From a virus, in IMG/VR virus record IMGVR_UViG_3300022562_000354, positions 1 to 64,000 of that record: 64,000 nucleotides of DNA; one strand, given 5' to 3'. The translations under genes were made by a program, and so were the position numbers. Positions 1 through 8,871 of this stretch are shown piece after piece (position 1 is the first letter of the stretch; every line of letters starts with the position of its first letter). The notes below the pieces were generated by a model, which searched no databases, was not told the DNA's origin, and saw only the letters and a list, made by a program, of their open reading frames with translations.

Positions 1-235
1 TGGCCGCCTTGAGCCCGGCCCACTCCCAGTCGATCTGCCCCGTGTAGTCCCCCCAGACGCCGGAGCGGGGCTCCGGAACGAAGACCGCACCCAAGAAGCC
101 CAACTTCTCTAGGGCCTGGATCGCCTCCGGTCTCCAGCTCGCAACTTCCGGTGAGCGAGGCGTCGGACCTGCGAGGAAGATTGAGGATAGGTGCTTGTAT
201 TTCTCAAAGGGCTCTTGCGCGTACACGACGATCAT
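1..235 (-). CDS. Nucleoside 2-deoxyribosyltransferase-like protein (partial, runs off the left edge)
   Basis: Not in the ORF track. Manual translation from ATG 235 (ATGA overlap with the upstream stop): MIVVYAQEPF..SIFLAGPTPRSPEVASWR..VFVPE..QIDWEW. The IFLAG..SWR..QxxWE pattern is typical of this family. Confidence 0.75.
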   Translation of the reverse strand, partial: MIVVYAQEPFEKYKHLSSIFLAGPTPRSPEVASWRPEAIQALEKLGFLGAVFVPEPRSGVWGDYTGQIDWEWAGLKAA

Positions 236-1884
236 AGGTCCGTCCTTTCATCCATCATCGCAGCTTCCGCCTCCGCGATGTCCTCAGTCACCTTCCCCGA
301 CGCCGTGAGACGCGTCAGCAAGGTCCGGATGACCGCCTTCTTGTGCTCGTTGAGAGGCCCGGCCTTCGCTGGTCGTGGGAGCCGAAGGGCGAGGTAGAGC
401 GCATCCACGAGAGACAGGTTCATAGGCTCGATCGTTAGCAATTCCCTTGAAGCTGGTCCGATTCCGTAGAGGTCCGGCCCGTACTCAACCACGTTGAGGT
501 ACAGCTCAAGGATCTCCTCTTTGGTGAGGTGGCTCTCCAAGAGGATCGTGAGAAACGCCTCTTGGACCTTGCGACCGACGGTCTTCGAGCGGCGAAGCCA
601 GAGGTTCTTGGCGAGCTGCATCGAGATGGTGCTCCCGCCACGGATGGCCTTTCCTACCCGGAGGTTGTCCGCTAGCGAGTTTTCAATGGCCTGACGGATG
701 AAGCCCCGGTGCGAGAAGAAGCCGGGGTCCTCGGTCGTCAGGAGCGCCGTGACCATGTTCCGACTCACCCCTTCGATCGGAACCCAGTCGGTCGTACCCG
801 GCCCGGTCTTGCGGGTGAACTCCTGCCGATCCTTGGTGTAGGCCACGTAGGTAAACGGCTTGCGGAGCGCCGCGATGACGGCTGGCTCAGGCTTGGGGCT
901 CTTACAGGTGAGCTTCCAGTCGAGCTTGACCGGCTTGGCTCGCAGGTCGAACTGGAAGTCCCCAGTGAACTTGAGCCCTTCGAGCGGCCCTTTGCGAAGC
1001 TCCACAGGGACGGCCTCGTACCAGGCTTGGCACGTCTCCGACCCCCACAAGTGCTGCTCCTTGAGGTTGAACCCGAGCGAAATCCCGTTCGCTCGGATGG
1101 TGTGATCTCCCTCAAGGGGCTTCGTTGGATCGATAGGGCCAAACTCGATGTTGGTGAAGGTCAGAGGCTCGGTATGTAGGCGAGGGTGCTTGAATTGAAC
1201 CGTCCCTACCTTGGCGGACACGAGGGAGTCCAAGTAGGTGACCTCTACCTTCGATGCCGTGACTCCGTGACACTCAGCCGACTCCGTCGAGAACAACCCA
1301 TCCTTGGGCTTGACCGTCGTAGACCCGAGGGCGACCTCCCCGATCTCATGGTCGAACAGCTTGATGAGGGGCTTTACGGTACCCCCTGCAAAGGTCGCGA
1401 GGGTACCGTCGCGGGTTGCCTTGATCGAGGTGACCGTGGCCTCAGCCTTCGGATGCTTGACCGTAGCCTGATCCGACCTGATCTCGACCTCCGTGACCGC
1501 CACATCGGAGAGGTCTGCTTGGATCTCCCCCTTGGTCACATGCAACGTAAGGTGGCTGGCTGTGACCTTGTAGCCCCCAGAGTTGTCGGTACCTTTGGCT
1601 CTCTTGTCCGGGAGAACCGTCAGCTCCCCGCCTTGGATGTCGAGCGTGTCGTCAGCACACACATGGGCCTTGGTGATCTGCCCCTTGACCCACCCCTTGT
1701 CCACGTTGACCCCGTAGAGGTCCAAACACTTGGCCCGGTAGTGGACGTCCACCTTTTCGACCCGGATCCCAGGCTTCTTGTTGATCTTCCCCCGGATGTA
1801 GGAGGGGATGGCAAACCAGAGAGCGAATCCGACGACCATCGCAATGACCGCGACGGCGATGAGCTTCTTACGTCCTGTACTCAC
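232..1884 (-). CDS. Monofunctional peptidoglycan transglycosylase (GT51) with N-terminal membrane anchor and beta-rich spacer
   Basis: GT51 motifs EDPGFFSHRG, GGSTISMQLAKNL, RKVQEA and KEEILELYLNVV; TM segment KKLIAVAVIAMVVGFALWFAI; no transpeptidase domain. Start placed at GTG 1884 (GTGA overlap) rather than 2286. Confidence 0.85.
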   Translation of the reverse strand: MSTGRKKLIAVAVIAMVVGFALWFAIPSYIRGKINKKPGIRVEKVDVHYRAKCLDLYGVNVDKGWVKGQITKAHVCADDTLDIQGGELTVLPDKRAKGTDNSGGYKVTASHLTLHVTKGEIQADLSDVAVTEVEIRSDQATVKHPKAEATVTSIKATRDGTLATFAGGTVKPLIKLFDHEIGEVALGSTTVKPKDGLFSTESAECHGVTASKVEVTYLDSLVSAKVGTVQFKHPRLHTEPLTFTNIEFGPIDPTKPLEGDHTIRANGISLGFNLKEQHLWGSETCQAWYEAVPVELRKGPLEGLKFTGDFQFDLRAKPVKLDWKLTCKSPKPEPAVIAALRKPFTYVAYTKDRQEFTRKTGPGTTDWVPIEGVSRNMVTALLTTEDPGFFSHRGFIRQAIENSLADNLRVGKAIRGGSTISMQLAKNLWLRRSKTVGRKVQEAFLTILLESHLTKEEILELYLNVVEYGPDLYGIGPASRELLTIEPMNLSLVDALYLALRLPRPAKAGPLNEHKKAVIRTLLTRLTASGKVTEDIAEAEAAMMDERTDL

Positions 1885-2396
1885 CAGGTAGGCTCCGGAA
1901 ACCCAACCAAGACAGATATAAGGCCAAAGATGGCCTTTTGCTTGGCTTCTTTGATAGACGGGGCTTGGACCACCCCTAGCTCGATATCGCGGAACTTCAC
2001 CTTCACTCGGAAGGTGGGCGCGGTTACCGGCCCTATCCTCTTCGTGTCGTGGACCGGGGGCTCCCAGCGGTTTACCTTCACAGCCAAGTTGAAGACGGTC
2101 ACTACGTCTTCGAGCCTCCCCCTCAGATGCCCAAGACACGCCTCTTGAATCGGCGACCACCCGAGCGTCTTCTTCGCCTCGAAAAATACGGACGGGTAGC
2201 ACACAAGGGGGATGCGGTTGTCGCGGAGCCGGTTGAGGAATGCCGTTTCGATCTCGGGCGGGACGTGGTTCTCGGACCGCGCCCACACCTTGATCACCTT
2301 CTCGAAATCCTTGGCATTTAGCCCTTCGAGGCGACGGCTATCCAGCGTGGCTTGAATCCGGCCCTCCGACTTGGGTTCTTTGTCTCGTTGGGCCAT
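1881..2396 (-). CDS. Protein with C-terminal double-stranded RNA-binding motif (dsRBD)
   Basis: PPVHDTKRIGPVTAPTFRVKVKF...VQAPSIKEAKQKA matches the dsRBD pattern GPxHxPxFxxxV...SKKxAEQxAA. CGGTGTA element 9 nt upstream. Confidence 0.65.
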   Translation of the reverse strand: MAQRDKEPKSEGRIQATLDSRRLEGLNAKDFEKVIKVWARSENHVPPEIETAFLNRLRDNRIPLVCYPSVFFEAKKTLGWSPIQEACLGHLRGRLEDVVTVFNLAVKVNRWEPPVHDTKRIGPVTAPTFRVKVKFRDIELGVVQAPSIKEAKQKAIFGLISVLVGFPEPTW

Positions 2397-2405
2397 GAGT
2401 TTAGT

Positions 2406-2412
2406 TACACCG
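2406..2412 (-). promoter_or_regulatory. CGGTGTA promoter-like element
   Basis: 9 nt before ATG 2396. Confidence 0.7.
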
Positions 2413-2455
2413 GGACCGCCTGAAATTCAGCGATCCCGGTGCCACCCTCCGTAGG

Positions 2456-4780
2456 CTAGAGCTTTTCCTCGATCTCTTTCATCTCGACCGTGCAGGCAAC
2501 CTTGGTGCCGTCCACGTCGATATCCAGCTTGTTCTCGTCGATTGACGAGAACTCCGAAAACCACGTCTGACCGACGACGAGGGAGAACGTCGTCTGAGCC
2601 ACGCGGTAGATGAGTCGGCGGCACTCCTCGGTGGCCGACTTCGCCTGACCCTTGAGCCAGGCTTCGAGGACTTGTTCCTTGGCCGCTGCCTTCGTGTAGG
2701 CGTCGGAAGCGAGGAACTTCTCCACCTCCTCGATGTACGGCTTCATGAGAGCCGTAGGCGGGTTGGGCTTGCCCGAAGCGATCTTGGCCTTGGCGTCCTT
2801 CAGGCTCGGGAGCGAAGAGTAGCCCTTGAGGCTCACCTTCAGTTGCTTCGCCATGTAGAAGTCCGTGGACTCGGCCACCGTCCCCTTCGGGTTGAATCCC
2901 GAGTAGTCCGTGAAGCCTTGGTCCTTGAGCCACGTGGCCGCCTCGTCCCCGTAGAGAGCCGCGAAGCCCTCCGACTTCTTCGCCGGGAGAAGCTCCTTGG
3001 CGAAGCCGTTGTAGACCTTCTGCGCTGCCTGAGCCTTCGTCAGCTCGAAGCTGAGCGTGAAGAACGTCTTGGCGCTCGTCTGCTTGACCATGTCCCGGTT
3101 GATGACCGGGAGGGCCTTCAGGTCGATCACGTAGTCGTAGTCCGCTCGGTAGTCTCCCGTGACGACACCCTCGGTCTTGAGGATCTTGAACGTCGCCTCG
3201 GAGAGTCGAACCGGGAGCTTCTCCACGTTCACGATGCCGTCCTTGATGACGGCGTAGTTGCGGAAGATGAACGTCTGGAGCTTCTCCGGGATCTTGCCCT
3301 TGTGTTCGGCCGGGAGCCGCGAGGAGAGGTCCACCGTTCCCGTCTTGCGGATCAAGATCGAGACGTTCGGACGGTCCTCGTTGAACGTCAGCGTGTTGAC
3401 CGGGTAACCCTCCGGCGACGGGTCCGCGATGAACTTGAGAGCCTCGCCCTTGTTGGCCGTGAGGGCGGACAGCTTCTCGTTCAGAGCCTTGATCTTCTTG
3501 ACGTCCTTCTCACCCGCCAGCTCGCTGGTGAGCTTCTCGAATTCCGCCTTCTCGTTGGCGTTCAGGTGCTCACTCGCATCGAGCTTGGCCCGACCGATGC
3601 GGTTGTACTTGAACTCCGAGTGGTCGAGGAGCACCTTGTTCCCCTCGTCTGCCTGGAGGAGATTCAAGAACTGGAGCACCGTGAAGGCGTCGTCACGCGG
3701 CACCTTCTTGGGGTCGTAGCCCTTGGTGAAGCGGGCCTTGGGATCGAACGCGGCCGTCTTGGCGGCGTCCATGAAAGCGCTGTACTTCTGCTTCCCGAAA
3801 CACCCGGAAAACTGCTCGATGAAGGTCACGTCCCCGAGCGCCTTGAGGAAAGGGAAGACGATCTCGGGCTTCATGCGAACCGAGAAGAGGCTCACCGCCG
3901 CGTAGGCTGCGTCGAAGTCATCCCCGGTCGTCCGAGAGCTGGCGGTTCCGTTGAGGTCACCCACCACGCTTCCGATGGGGGTCGGGGAGACGTAGTAGAG
4001 AACCGGGAGATCCTCCGGTACCGCTGCCGTACCCGCCGCTGCGAACGTGATGAGGTCGCCATCGTGGAGGGCGTAGGCGAAGCCTCCGACCGCATCCCCC
4101 TCGATCTTGACCTCGATCCGAGGGGCGCCGCTGATCTTCTTCTGCATGGCCGCCTCGAACTGAGGCGCGTACTTGTCGAACTGCTCGGCGAAGATGAAGT
4201 TACCGCCCGACTTCTCCGCCATCGCCGTGAGGAGCTGCCTGTCGGCGTAGTTGCCGTACTCGACGAACGTGGAGGAGGAGACGAACTTGGACGCCTTCTC
4301 GGCCGCCTTGAGCACGTCCGCCCGACTGGACTGGTTGTCCCAGCCGTCCGACATGAAGAACAAGGCGTTCGTGTTCTGGTTCTTCTTCGCGAGCTTCTTG
4401 GTGAGGTCTTCGATGCTCTCCAAGGGCTCCTTGAAGCCCGTGAGCCCCACGCACTTGAGCCAACGGTCGATCGCCGCATTGACATCGGAGAGGTCGGCCA
4501 GGGTCGCGACCGGCTCGCCTTCGAGGATGACGCCGTACTGACCCCGACCGGAGAACCACAAGAGGGAGAAGGTGTCCTTCTCTTTGAGGAGCTTCGGGAT
4601 TCGCTTCTTGAGCTGCTCCCGAATGTGGGGAAGCTCCGAGTACATCGACCCCGAACAGTCGATGACCGCGATGTGATTGGTGGGGACTTCTACGGGCTTC
4701 GCTGGCGCCGCTCCCTTAGCGACGGTCTGGCGAACGAGGTAGAGCTTGTCCGCGATCTTGTGCGACTGCGTTCCTGACAT
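2456..4780 (-). CDS. von Willebrand factor A (vWA) domain protein with a long C-terminal extension
   Basis: MIDAS motif VIDCSGSM, T in GLTGF, FFMSDG. Start at ATG 4780 follows an AAAGGA SD. Confidence 0.85.
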   Translation of the reverse strand: MSGTQSHKIADKLYLVRQTVAKGAAPAKPVEVPTNHIAVIDCSGSMYSELPHIREQLKKRIPKLLKEKDTFSLLWFSGRGQYGVILEGEPVATLADLSDVNAAIDRWLKCVGLTGFKEPLESIEDLTKKLAKKNQNTNALFFMSDGWDNQSSRADVLKAAEKASKFVSSSTFVEYGNYADRQLLTAMAEKSGGNFIFAEQFDKYAPQFEAAMQKKISGAPRIEVKIEGDAVGGFAYALHDGDLITFAAAGTAAVPEDLPVLYYVSPTPIGSVVGDLNGTASSRTTGDDFDAAYAAVSLFSVRMKPEIVFPFLKALGDVTFIEQFSGCFGKQKYSAFMDAAKTAAFDPKARFTKGYDPKKVPRDDAFTVLQFLNLLQADEGNKVLLDHSEFKYNRIGRAKLDASEHLNANEKAEFEKLTSELAGEKDVKKIKALNEKLSALTANKGEALKFIADPSPEGYPVNTLTFNEDRPNVSILIRKTGTVDLSSRLPAEHKGKIPEKLQTFIFRNYAVIKDGIVNVEKLPVRLSEATFKILKTEGVVTGDYRADYDYVIDLKALPVINRDMVKQTSAKTFFTLSFELTKAQAAQKVYNGFAKELLPAKKSEGFAALYGDEAATWLKDQGFTDYSGFNPKGTVAESTDFYMAKQLKVSLKGYSSLPSLKDAKAKIASGKPNPPTALMKPYIEEVEKFLASDAYTKAAAKEQVLEAWLKGQAKSATEECRRLIYRVAQTTFSLVVGQTWFSEFSSIDENKLDIDVDGTKVACTVEMKEIEEKL

Positions 4781-4811
4781 GGCCGGTCCTTTGTTGGGGT
4801 CCGGCCATGGG

Positions 4812-4818
4812 TACACCG
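4812..4818 (-). promoter_or_regulatory. CGGTGTA promoter-like element
   Basis: 31 nt before ATG 4780, with an SD in between. Confidence 0.65.
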
Positions 4819-4823
4819 ACGCT

Positions 4824-6194
4824 TTACCTGGGTAGAATCTCTACCCCGTGTGCAATTCCGACCTTGATTTTGTGGCGATCCCCGATCGTGAAATGTTGAA
4901 ACTCCGCATCTGACTTGGGTTCGTACTTGTAGGTATCCTTGTTGTAGGCAAGGGTCACCCGGTAATGTTCCGTACGGCCAGAGATGCGCTCTTGCTCACC
5001 TTGCCCTAATCCAACGCCCAAACGGATTTGTTCGTCGCTCGGCCAGTGGGTCTTCGTGCTCGTCCCGCTAGCCCGGACATCCCGGTTGTGGCCCCACTCC
5101 CAGACCTTCCAAGAGTACCAGTCTCGGTACCGGGGCTGGTCTTCGTAGTCGTCCACGGTGCGGTAGGCTGTCCGGTTGCAGTATTTGGGGGAACAGGACT
5201 TCGTGTCCGGGTTGCAGACTCGGTCCCCGCCCGTACAGGTCGCCGACCCGTTCTTGTTGCTCGTGCAACTTCGGGGCGTCGTGTAGCAGGAGCCTTTGAC
5301 GGTCGTACAGGTCTCCCCGCACTGGTACTGCTCCTGGTAGGACTCTTGGTGGCTCCCCACGCGAACATGGTCGTAGTGGTGAACCTTCCGGCCTTCGTCC
5401 ACTACGTCGAAGGCGCCAAGGTCCGGATCCCACCCCTCATGGCGGTAGACTTGGTAGCGCTCGACGGCCACACTCCGGTCCCAGGAGACCGCTGCGACTT
5501 GGGCGTCTATCACCTTCGTCCGGAAGATGAGATAGAGAGCTAGCCCTACCAGAATGGCCACCCCCGCTCCGATGAGAGTCCCACGGGAAGGGGTGTTGAA
5601 CCTCGGCACCCGAGGAGGCCGCATCATGTCCACCCTCCGGCTCACGTCGGCTGCGACGTCCGTGAACGAAGGGGGTGGAGTCACCTCTCGGTCGGGAGGA
5701 TCCCGGTACCCGCCCGTGTGCGGGACGAAAGGGGCCGGCTCCGGCCTCTGACGGGCTTGCTGCCGCTGCCTGAGCAACTCTTCGAGAGCTGGGTTGTGGG
5801 GGCGGTTCTTCCCCAACATCCTCTCGATGTCGTCTTTGGTCAGCTCCCCCCTGCACGCCTTGTCCTTGTCGGACATGTCCGTCTTGGGGTGAACGGCAGG
5901 CGTCTCGACCTTCTTGACCGAATCCCCCTGAGCCGACCCGCATTGAGCACAGTTGCCGTCCGCCCGGAACTGGGACGAGTCGCAGAAACGACACTTCCAG
6001 TCGGCCCCGGCCTTGAACTTGGCGAGCAACTCCGGGTCCTTGACCGCCGCCATCGGCGAGACGTCGTCCGGCATCCATTCGGGAGAGTCCTCCGAACGGG
6101 GTTTTCCGCAGTTCTGGCAGGTCTTGAAGCGACCCTTGTTGTCGGAGTTGCAGACAAGGCAACCCCAGAACATCTCGATGATGTCGGTCGGCAT
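4824..6194 (-). CDS. Double zinc-ribbon, single-TM membrane protein with a Cys-rich extracytoplasmic domain
   Basis: WGCLVC..CQNCG and WKCRFC..CAQCG; TM LIGAGVAILVGLALYLIF; an 8-Cys cluster after the TM. Confidence 0.7.
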   Translation of the reverse strand: MPTDIIEMFWGCLVCNSDNKGRFKTCQNCGKPRSEDSPEWMPDDVSPMAAVKDPELLAKFKAGADWKCRFCDSSQFRADGNCAQCGSAQGDSVKKVETPAVHPKTDMSDKDKACRGELTKDDIERMLGKNRPHNPALEELLRQRQQARQRPEPAPFVPHTGGYRDPPDREVTPPPSFTDVAADVSRRVDMMRPPRVPRFNTPSRGTLIGAGVAILVGLALYLIFRTKVIDAQVAAVSWDRSVAVERYQVYRHEGWDPDLGAFDVVDEGRKVHHYDHVRVGSHQESYQEQYQCGETCTTVKGSCYTTPRSCTSNKNGSATCTGGDRVCNPDTKSCSPKYCNRTAYRTVDDYEDQPRYRDWYSWKVWEWGHNRDVRASGTSTKTHWPSDEQIRLGVGLGQGEQERISGRTEHYRVTLAYNKDTYKYEPKSDAEFQHFTIGDRHKIKVGIAHGVEILPR

Positions 6195-6208
6195 GTGTCT
6201 GAAAGAGA

Positions 6209-7480
6209 CTACACCGAGAGGGTTTTGAAGCGCTCGGCCACTCTCTCAGTCAACGTAGCCACCTTCACAGCTCCCGGTAGAGCTGTTTCGAGCCACATGC
6301 GGACCTTTTCGTGAACAACTCGTGGCCCGTAGGCAACGAGCATCCCGATCGTCTCGCAGAACGCCTCTTCTTGGTTCTTGTTGGCGTACCCCGTGATCGG
6401 GTGCTTGGGGACTCGAATCTTCCGATCCCCCTGGTCGTAGAGCTTTTGAAACTCCTCTTTCTTCTGAAGCTCCCCGTAAGCGCGGTCGTAGCTGATCGCT
6501 TCGACCTGAAGGGCGAGGATGGGGTTCGTGTCCTTGAGCTTCGACGGAAACTCAAAGGCCCATGCGTCCCCAGGCCAGTTGTCGAGCAGCTCCTTGAGGT
6601 CGAGGTCGCCGTAGTCCCCTCGGATCGTCATCTGCCAAAAGTCCTGAGCCTCTTTACTCAAGTACGTTTTCCACAGGTGGTGCCCCATCTCGTGAGCGAG
6701 CGCGTGGACAACCCAATCGACGCCCTTGCTGCTCATCGAGGTCAGGTAGAAGTACACGACCCCGTTCTTGTACTCCCCACCCTGGTCTAGCTTCCCGTTG
6801 AAATGGGCAACGATGGGGCACTGCTTGCGGAGGAGAATGGGCGCAACGGCTGCCGCCCGTTGGCGGTATCGCTTCAGACCCTCTCGGAACATCGCGAGCC
6901 AGTCCGGGTGGTGATCGTCATCCGGCTCGTACCCTTGAACTTCAACCTTGAACCCCTCGATGACCGTGTTCTCGATGACCGGCATCTTCACGTCGAGGGT
7001 CTTTTTCTTCCACTCGGCAAACTCGACGATGACCTCTTTCATCTCCTTCCAGAAGACTTGAGCCTTCCGTTGGACGCGAGCCTTCCACTTGGGGGCTTCT
7101 TGCTCGAACTGCCTGAACTTTGCCTCTTCGCTGTAGTATTCGTCAGCGAAGCCGATGGGAGGTGACAGCTCGATCGAGAAGTCCCACGCCTTGGACCGGA
7201 GCCGCTTGTCGTAATACTTCGCGTCCCCCTCGGGGAGCCCCAACTCGTACTTCAAGTCGTGGTTGAGGAAGTGCTCGAAGAAGAGGTCGTTGAAGTTCTC
7301 GCGGTAGATGCGGAAGGCGTCCCTTAGCTCGTGGGCCGTCTTGTAGTCCTTCACCCTGGGGAGGTTCTTCCCAAGCGTGAGGAAGTCCTTTCGGAGCCCC
7401 TCAACCCACGCGAGGTCCAGCCGCCTCATGTTGGCGGCGTACCTGGCGACAACGGAAGGAACGAGCGGGTCCATACTCAC
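6209..7480 (-). CDS. Tagged zincin metallopeptidase (HExxH, anthrax-LF/MPTase-like), probable virion protein
   Basis: LAHEMGH...GYANKNQEEAFCET; N-terminal MDPLVPSVVARY and C-terminal KVATLTERVAERF tags. Confidence 0.7.
   Translation of the reverse strand: MSMDPLVPSVVARYAANMRRLDLAWVEGLRKDFLTLGKNLPRVKDYKTAHELRDAFRIYRENFNDLFFEHFLNHDLKYELGLPEGDAKYYDKRLRSKAWDFSIELSPPIGFADEYYSEEAKFRQFEQEAPKWKARVQRKAQVFWKEMKEVIVEFAEWKKKTLDVKMPVIENTVIEGFKVEVQGYEPDDDHHPDWLAMFREGLKRYRQRAAAVAPILLRKQCPIVAHFNGKLDQGGEYKNGVVYFYLTSMSSKGVDWVVHALAHEMGHHLWKTYLSKEAQDFWQMTIRGDYGDLDLKELLDNWPGDAWAFEFPSKLKDTNPILALQVEAISYDRAYGELQKKEEFQKLYDQGDRKIRVPKHPITGYANKNQEEAFCETIGMLVAYGPRVVHEKVRMWLETALPGAVKVATLTERVAERFKTLSV
6210..6216 (-). promoter_or_regulatory. 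CGGTGTA promoter-like element
   Basis: 15 nt before ATG 6194. Confidence 0.65.
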
Positions 7481-7734
7481 CGGGTCGGGAGTTTACGGGC
7501 CATCATGCGGAGCTGGTACGTCTCTTTTTGCGCATCCTGAATGGCGCCGATCGCCTTCAAACACTGGTCGTAGTAAGGGAGGAAGTTCTTGGGGATCTCC
7601 TCCATCACATCAAACCCGTTCTTGAACGTGAGCAACGACAGGTACGCCTTCGTGGCTGCCTCATCGGCCTGAGCGGGGGCATGATACGGGAAACCTCTGG
7701 CGGTCTTGCCCCTACGGTCGTAGTCGTGGCTCAT
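7477..7734 (-). CDS. Small helical protein with N-terminal HDYDRR motif
   Basis: MSHDYDRRGKTA...; TCTTTCGATA element 13 nt upstream; stop overlaps the start of the downstream gene. Confidence 0.6.
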   Translation of the reverse strand: MSHDYDRRGKTARGFPYHAPAQADEAATKAYLSLLTFKNGFDVMEEIPKNFLPYYDQCLKAIGAIQDAQKETYQLRMMARKLPTR

Positions 7735-7747
7735 ACCGAGCCGACCG

Positions 7748-7757
7748 TATCGAAAGA
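7748..7757 (-). promoter_or_regulatory. Putative late promoter TCTTTCGATA
   Basis: Upstream of the YDR and tagged-peptidase pair. Confidence 0.45.
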
Positions 7758-8066
7758 CTACGGCTCAATCCTCACGAGCTTACCGTAGATGCTCTTGGTG
7801 TTGATCCACCCGTTCTCGTGACCCCGGTTGTTCCCGATGAGGTACAGCCCGCCGTAGCGGATCGCTTTCACGAGGTGGAGGTATTGCTTGCCGTTCACCT
7901 TGCAGAGAACAATGTCACCCTCCCGCAAGGCGAGGTTTGGGTCCAGGGGCTCAACGGTGCAGAGCTGCCCGGACTTGATCTTGGGCATCATCGAGGACCC
8001 ACGGGGGCGGAACTGGACCGTCTCCCCCGCCTGGAGCTTCGCGATGTAGGGGGTTGCCCAGCTCAC
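7758..8066 (-). CDS. S24/S26 (LexA/signal peptidase-like) peptidase domain protein
   Basis: RGSSMMPKIKSG, GDIVLC, YLHLVK and IGNN motifs; GTG start at 8066 (GTGA overlap). Confidence 0.7.
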   Translation of the reverse strand: MSWATPYIAKLQAGETVQFRPRGSSMMPKIKSGQLCTVEPLDPNLALREGDIVLCKVNGKQYLHLVKAIRYGGLYLIGNNRGHENGWINTKSIYGKLVRIEP

Positions 8067-8251
8067 TTCGCCCTCTCGTCGATGACCCGGTTGATCAGCA
8101 CGTTGGTCTGCCAGAAGCTCAGGAAGCAACGGTCCTCTTGCTCCTTGGAGTGCTCGGCTTGGCTCTCGCCGCATGTCGGGCACCAGTCATCGGCAAGGGG
8201 CTTGGGCTCTTCAGGTTCGAGGTCTCGATCGTCATCCCAACGCGGCATCAA
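8063..8251 (-). CDS. Hypothetical protein (CxxC...H...C)
   Basis: ORF coupled to both neighbours. Confidence 0.5.
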   Translation of the reverse strand: MMPRWDDDRDLEPEEPKPLADDWCPTCGESQAEHSKEQEDRCFLSFWQTNVLINRVIDERAK

Positions 8252-8586
8252 TACTTCCCAAAAATGGATTCAAGCTCATCATCGGTGATCTCTGGCTTCT
8301 TCAGAGGTGGTGGGGCATCAACGACCTCTAGTGCCACCTCCACCTCAGCCATCTCAACAGAGAGACCGTTTTCTTTCACTCTCCGTTGAATCTCTTGCTC
8401 ATGATCCTTGAAGAATTTACCCGCCCACTTCCTCCGAACCTTTATGCCGGACGTGACCATTGCCTCGATGAAGGCTTGGACCCGCTTCTCATGGCACCAA
8501 GTACAAATGCCTGAGATCCACACATGCCCCGGAGACCTTAATCTGCCGCAACGCTCACACCGCTCGTAGACCTTCATAGGCTTCAT
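8248..8586 (-). CDS. Hypothetical zinc-finger protein
   Basis: CERC...CTWC; coupled to the downstream gene. Confidence 0.5.
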   Translation of the reverse strand: MKPMKVYERCERCGRLRSPGHVWISGICTWCHEKRVQAFIEAMVTSGIKVRRKWAGKFFKDHEQEIQRRVKENGLSVEMAEVEVALEVVDAPPPLKKPEITDDELESIFGKY

Positions 8587-8601
8587 AGAGGATCCTCTCG
8601 G

Positions 8602-8871
8602 TCAAAGCCCTTGGGGCGGCTTGGCGTCAGGGCTCGGATCGGAGATTCGCTGGACTCCAAACGGCCCCATGTCGTTGAAGCGGCTGCCGCAGTTAGGGTT
8701 GGCGCACTTGAAATTCTGCGACCCACCCCCGCAAGGCCCGGCGAGAAAGCCTTGCTGTTTGCAGTCAGGGCACATGACCTCACTGAGTCTCGTGCCCCGT
8801 CGCATCCCAGCCATCTCTTCTTCAGTCAGGTTCTCGCCGTTACGGCTGCTCATCGGCCCGAGGGAGACCAT
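8602..8871 (-). CDS. Hypothetical zinc-ribbon protein
   Basis: CPDC..GPCGGGSQNFKCANPNCG; TGATG coupling at 8871. Confidence 0.55.
   Translation of the reverse strand: MVSLGPMSSRNGENLTEEEMAGMRRGTRLSEVMCPDCKQQGFLAGPCGGGSQNFKCANPNCGSRFNDMGPFGVQRISDPSPDAKPPQGL

Noticed and set aside
1885-2286. N-terminal extension of the transglycosylase in the ORF track; similar over-long starts for polA, folA, HNH, MazG, rnhB, HD and DUF1257
   Set aside because: They overlap other credible genes; coupling, SD or CGGTGTA spacing supports the downstream starts.
2672-4777. Long plus-strand ORFs antisense to real genes (also 23566-25050, 26006-27235, 45124-46578, 52651-54222)
   Set aside because: Shadow ORFs caused by high GC3 on the coding strand; no motifs and atypical composition.
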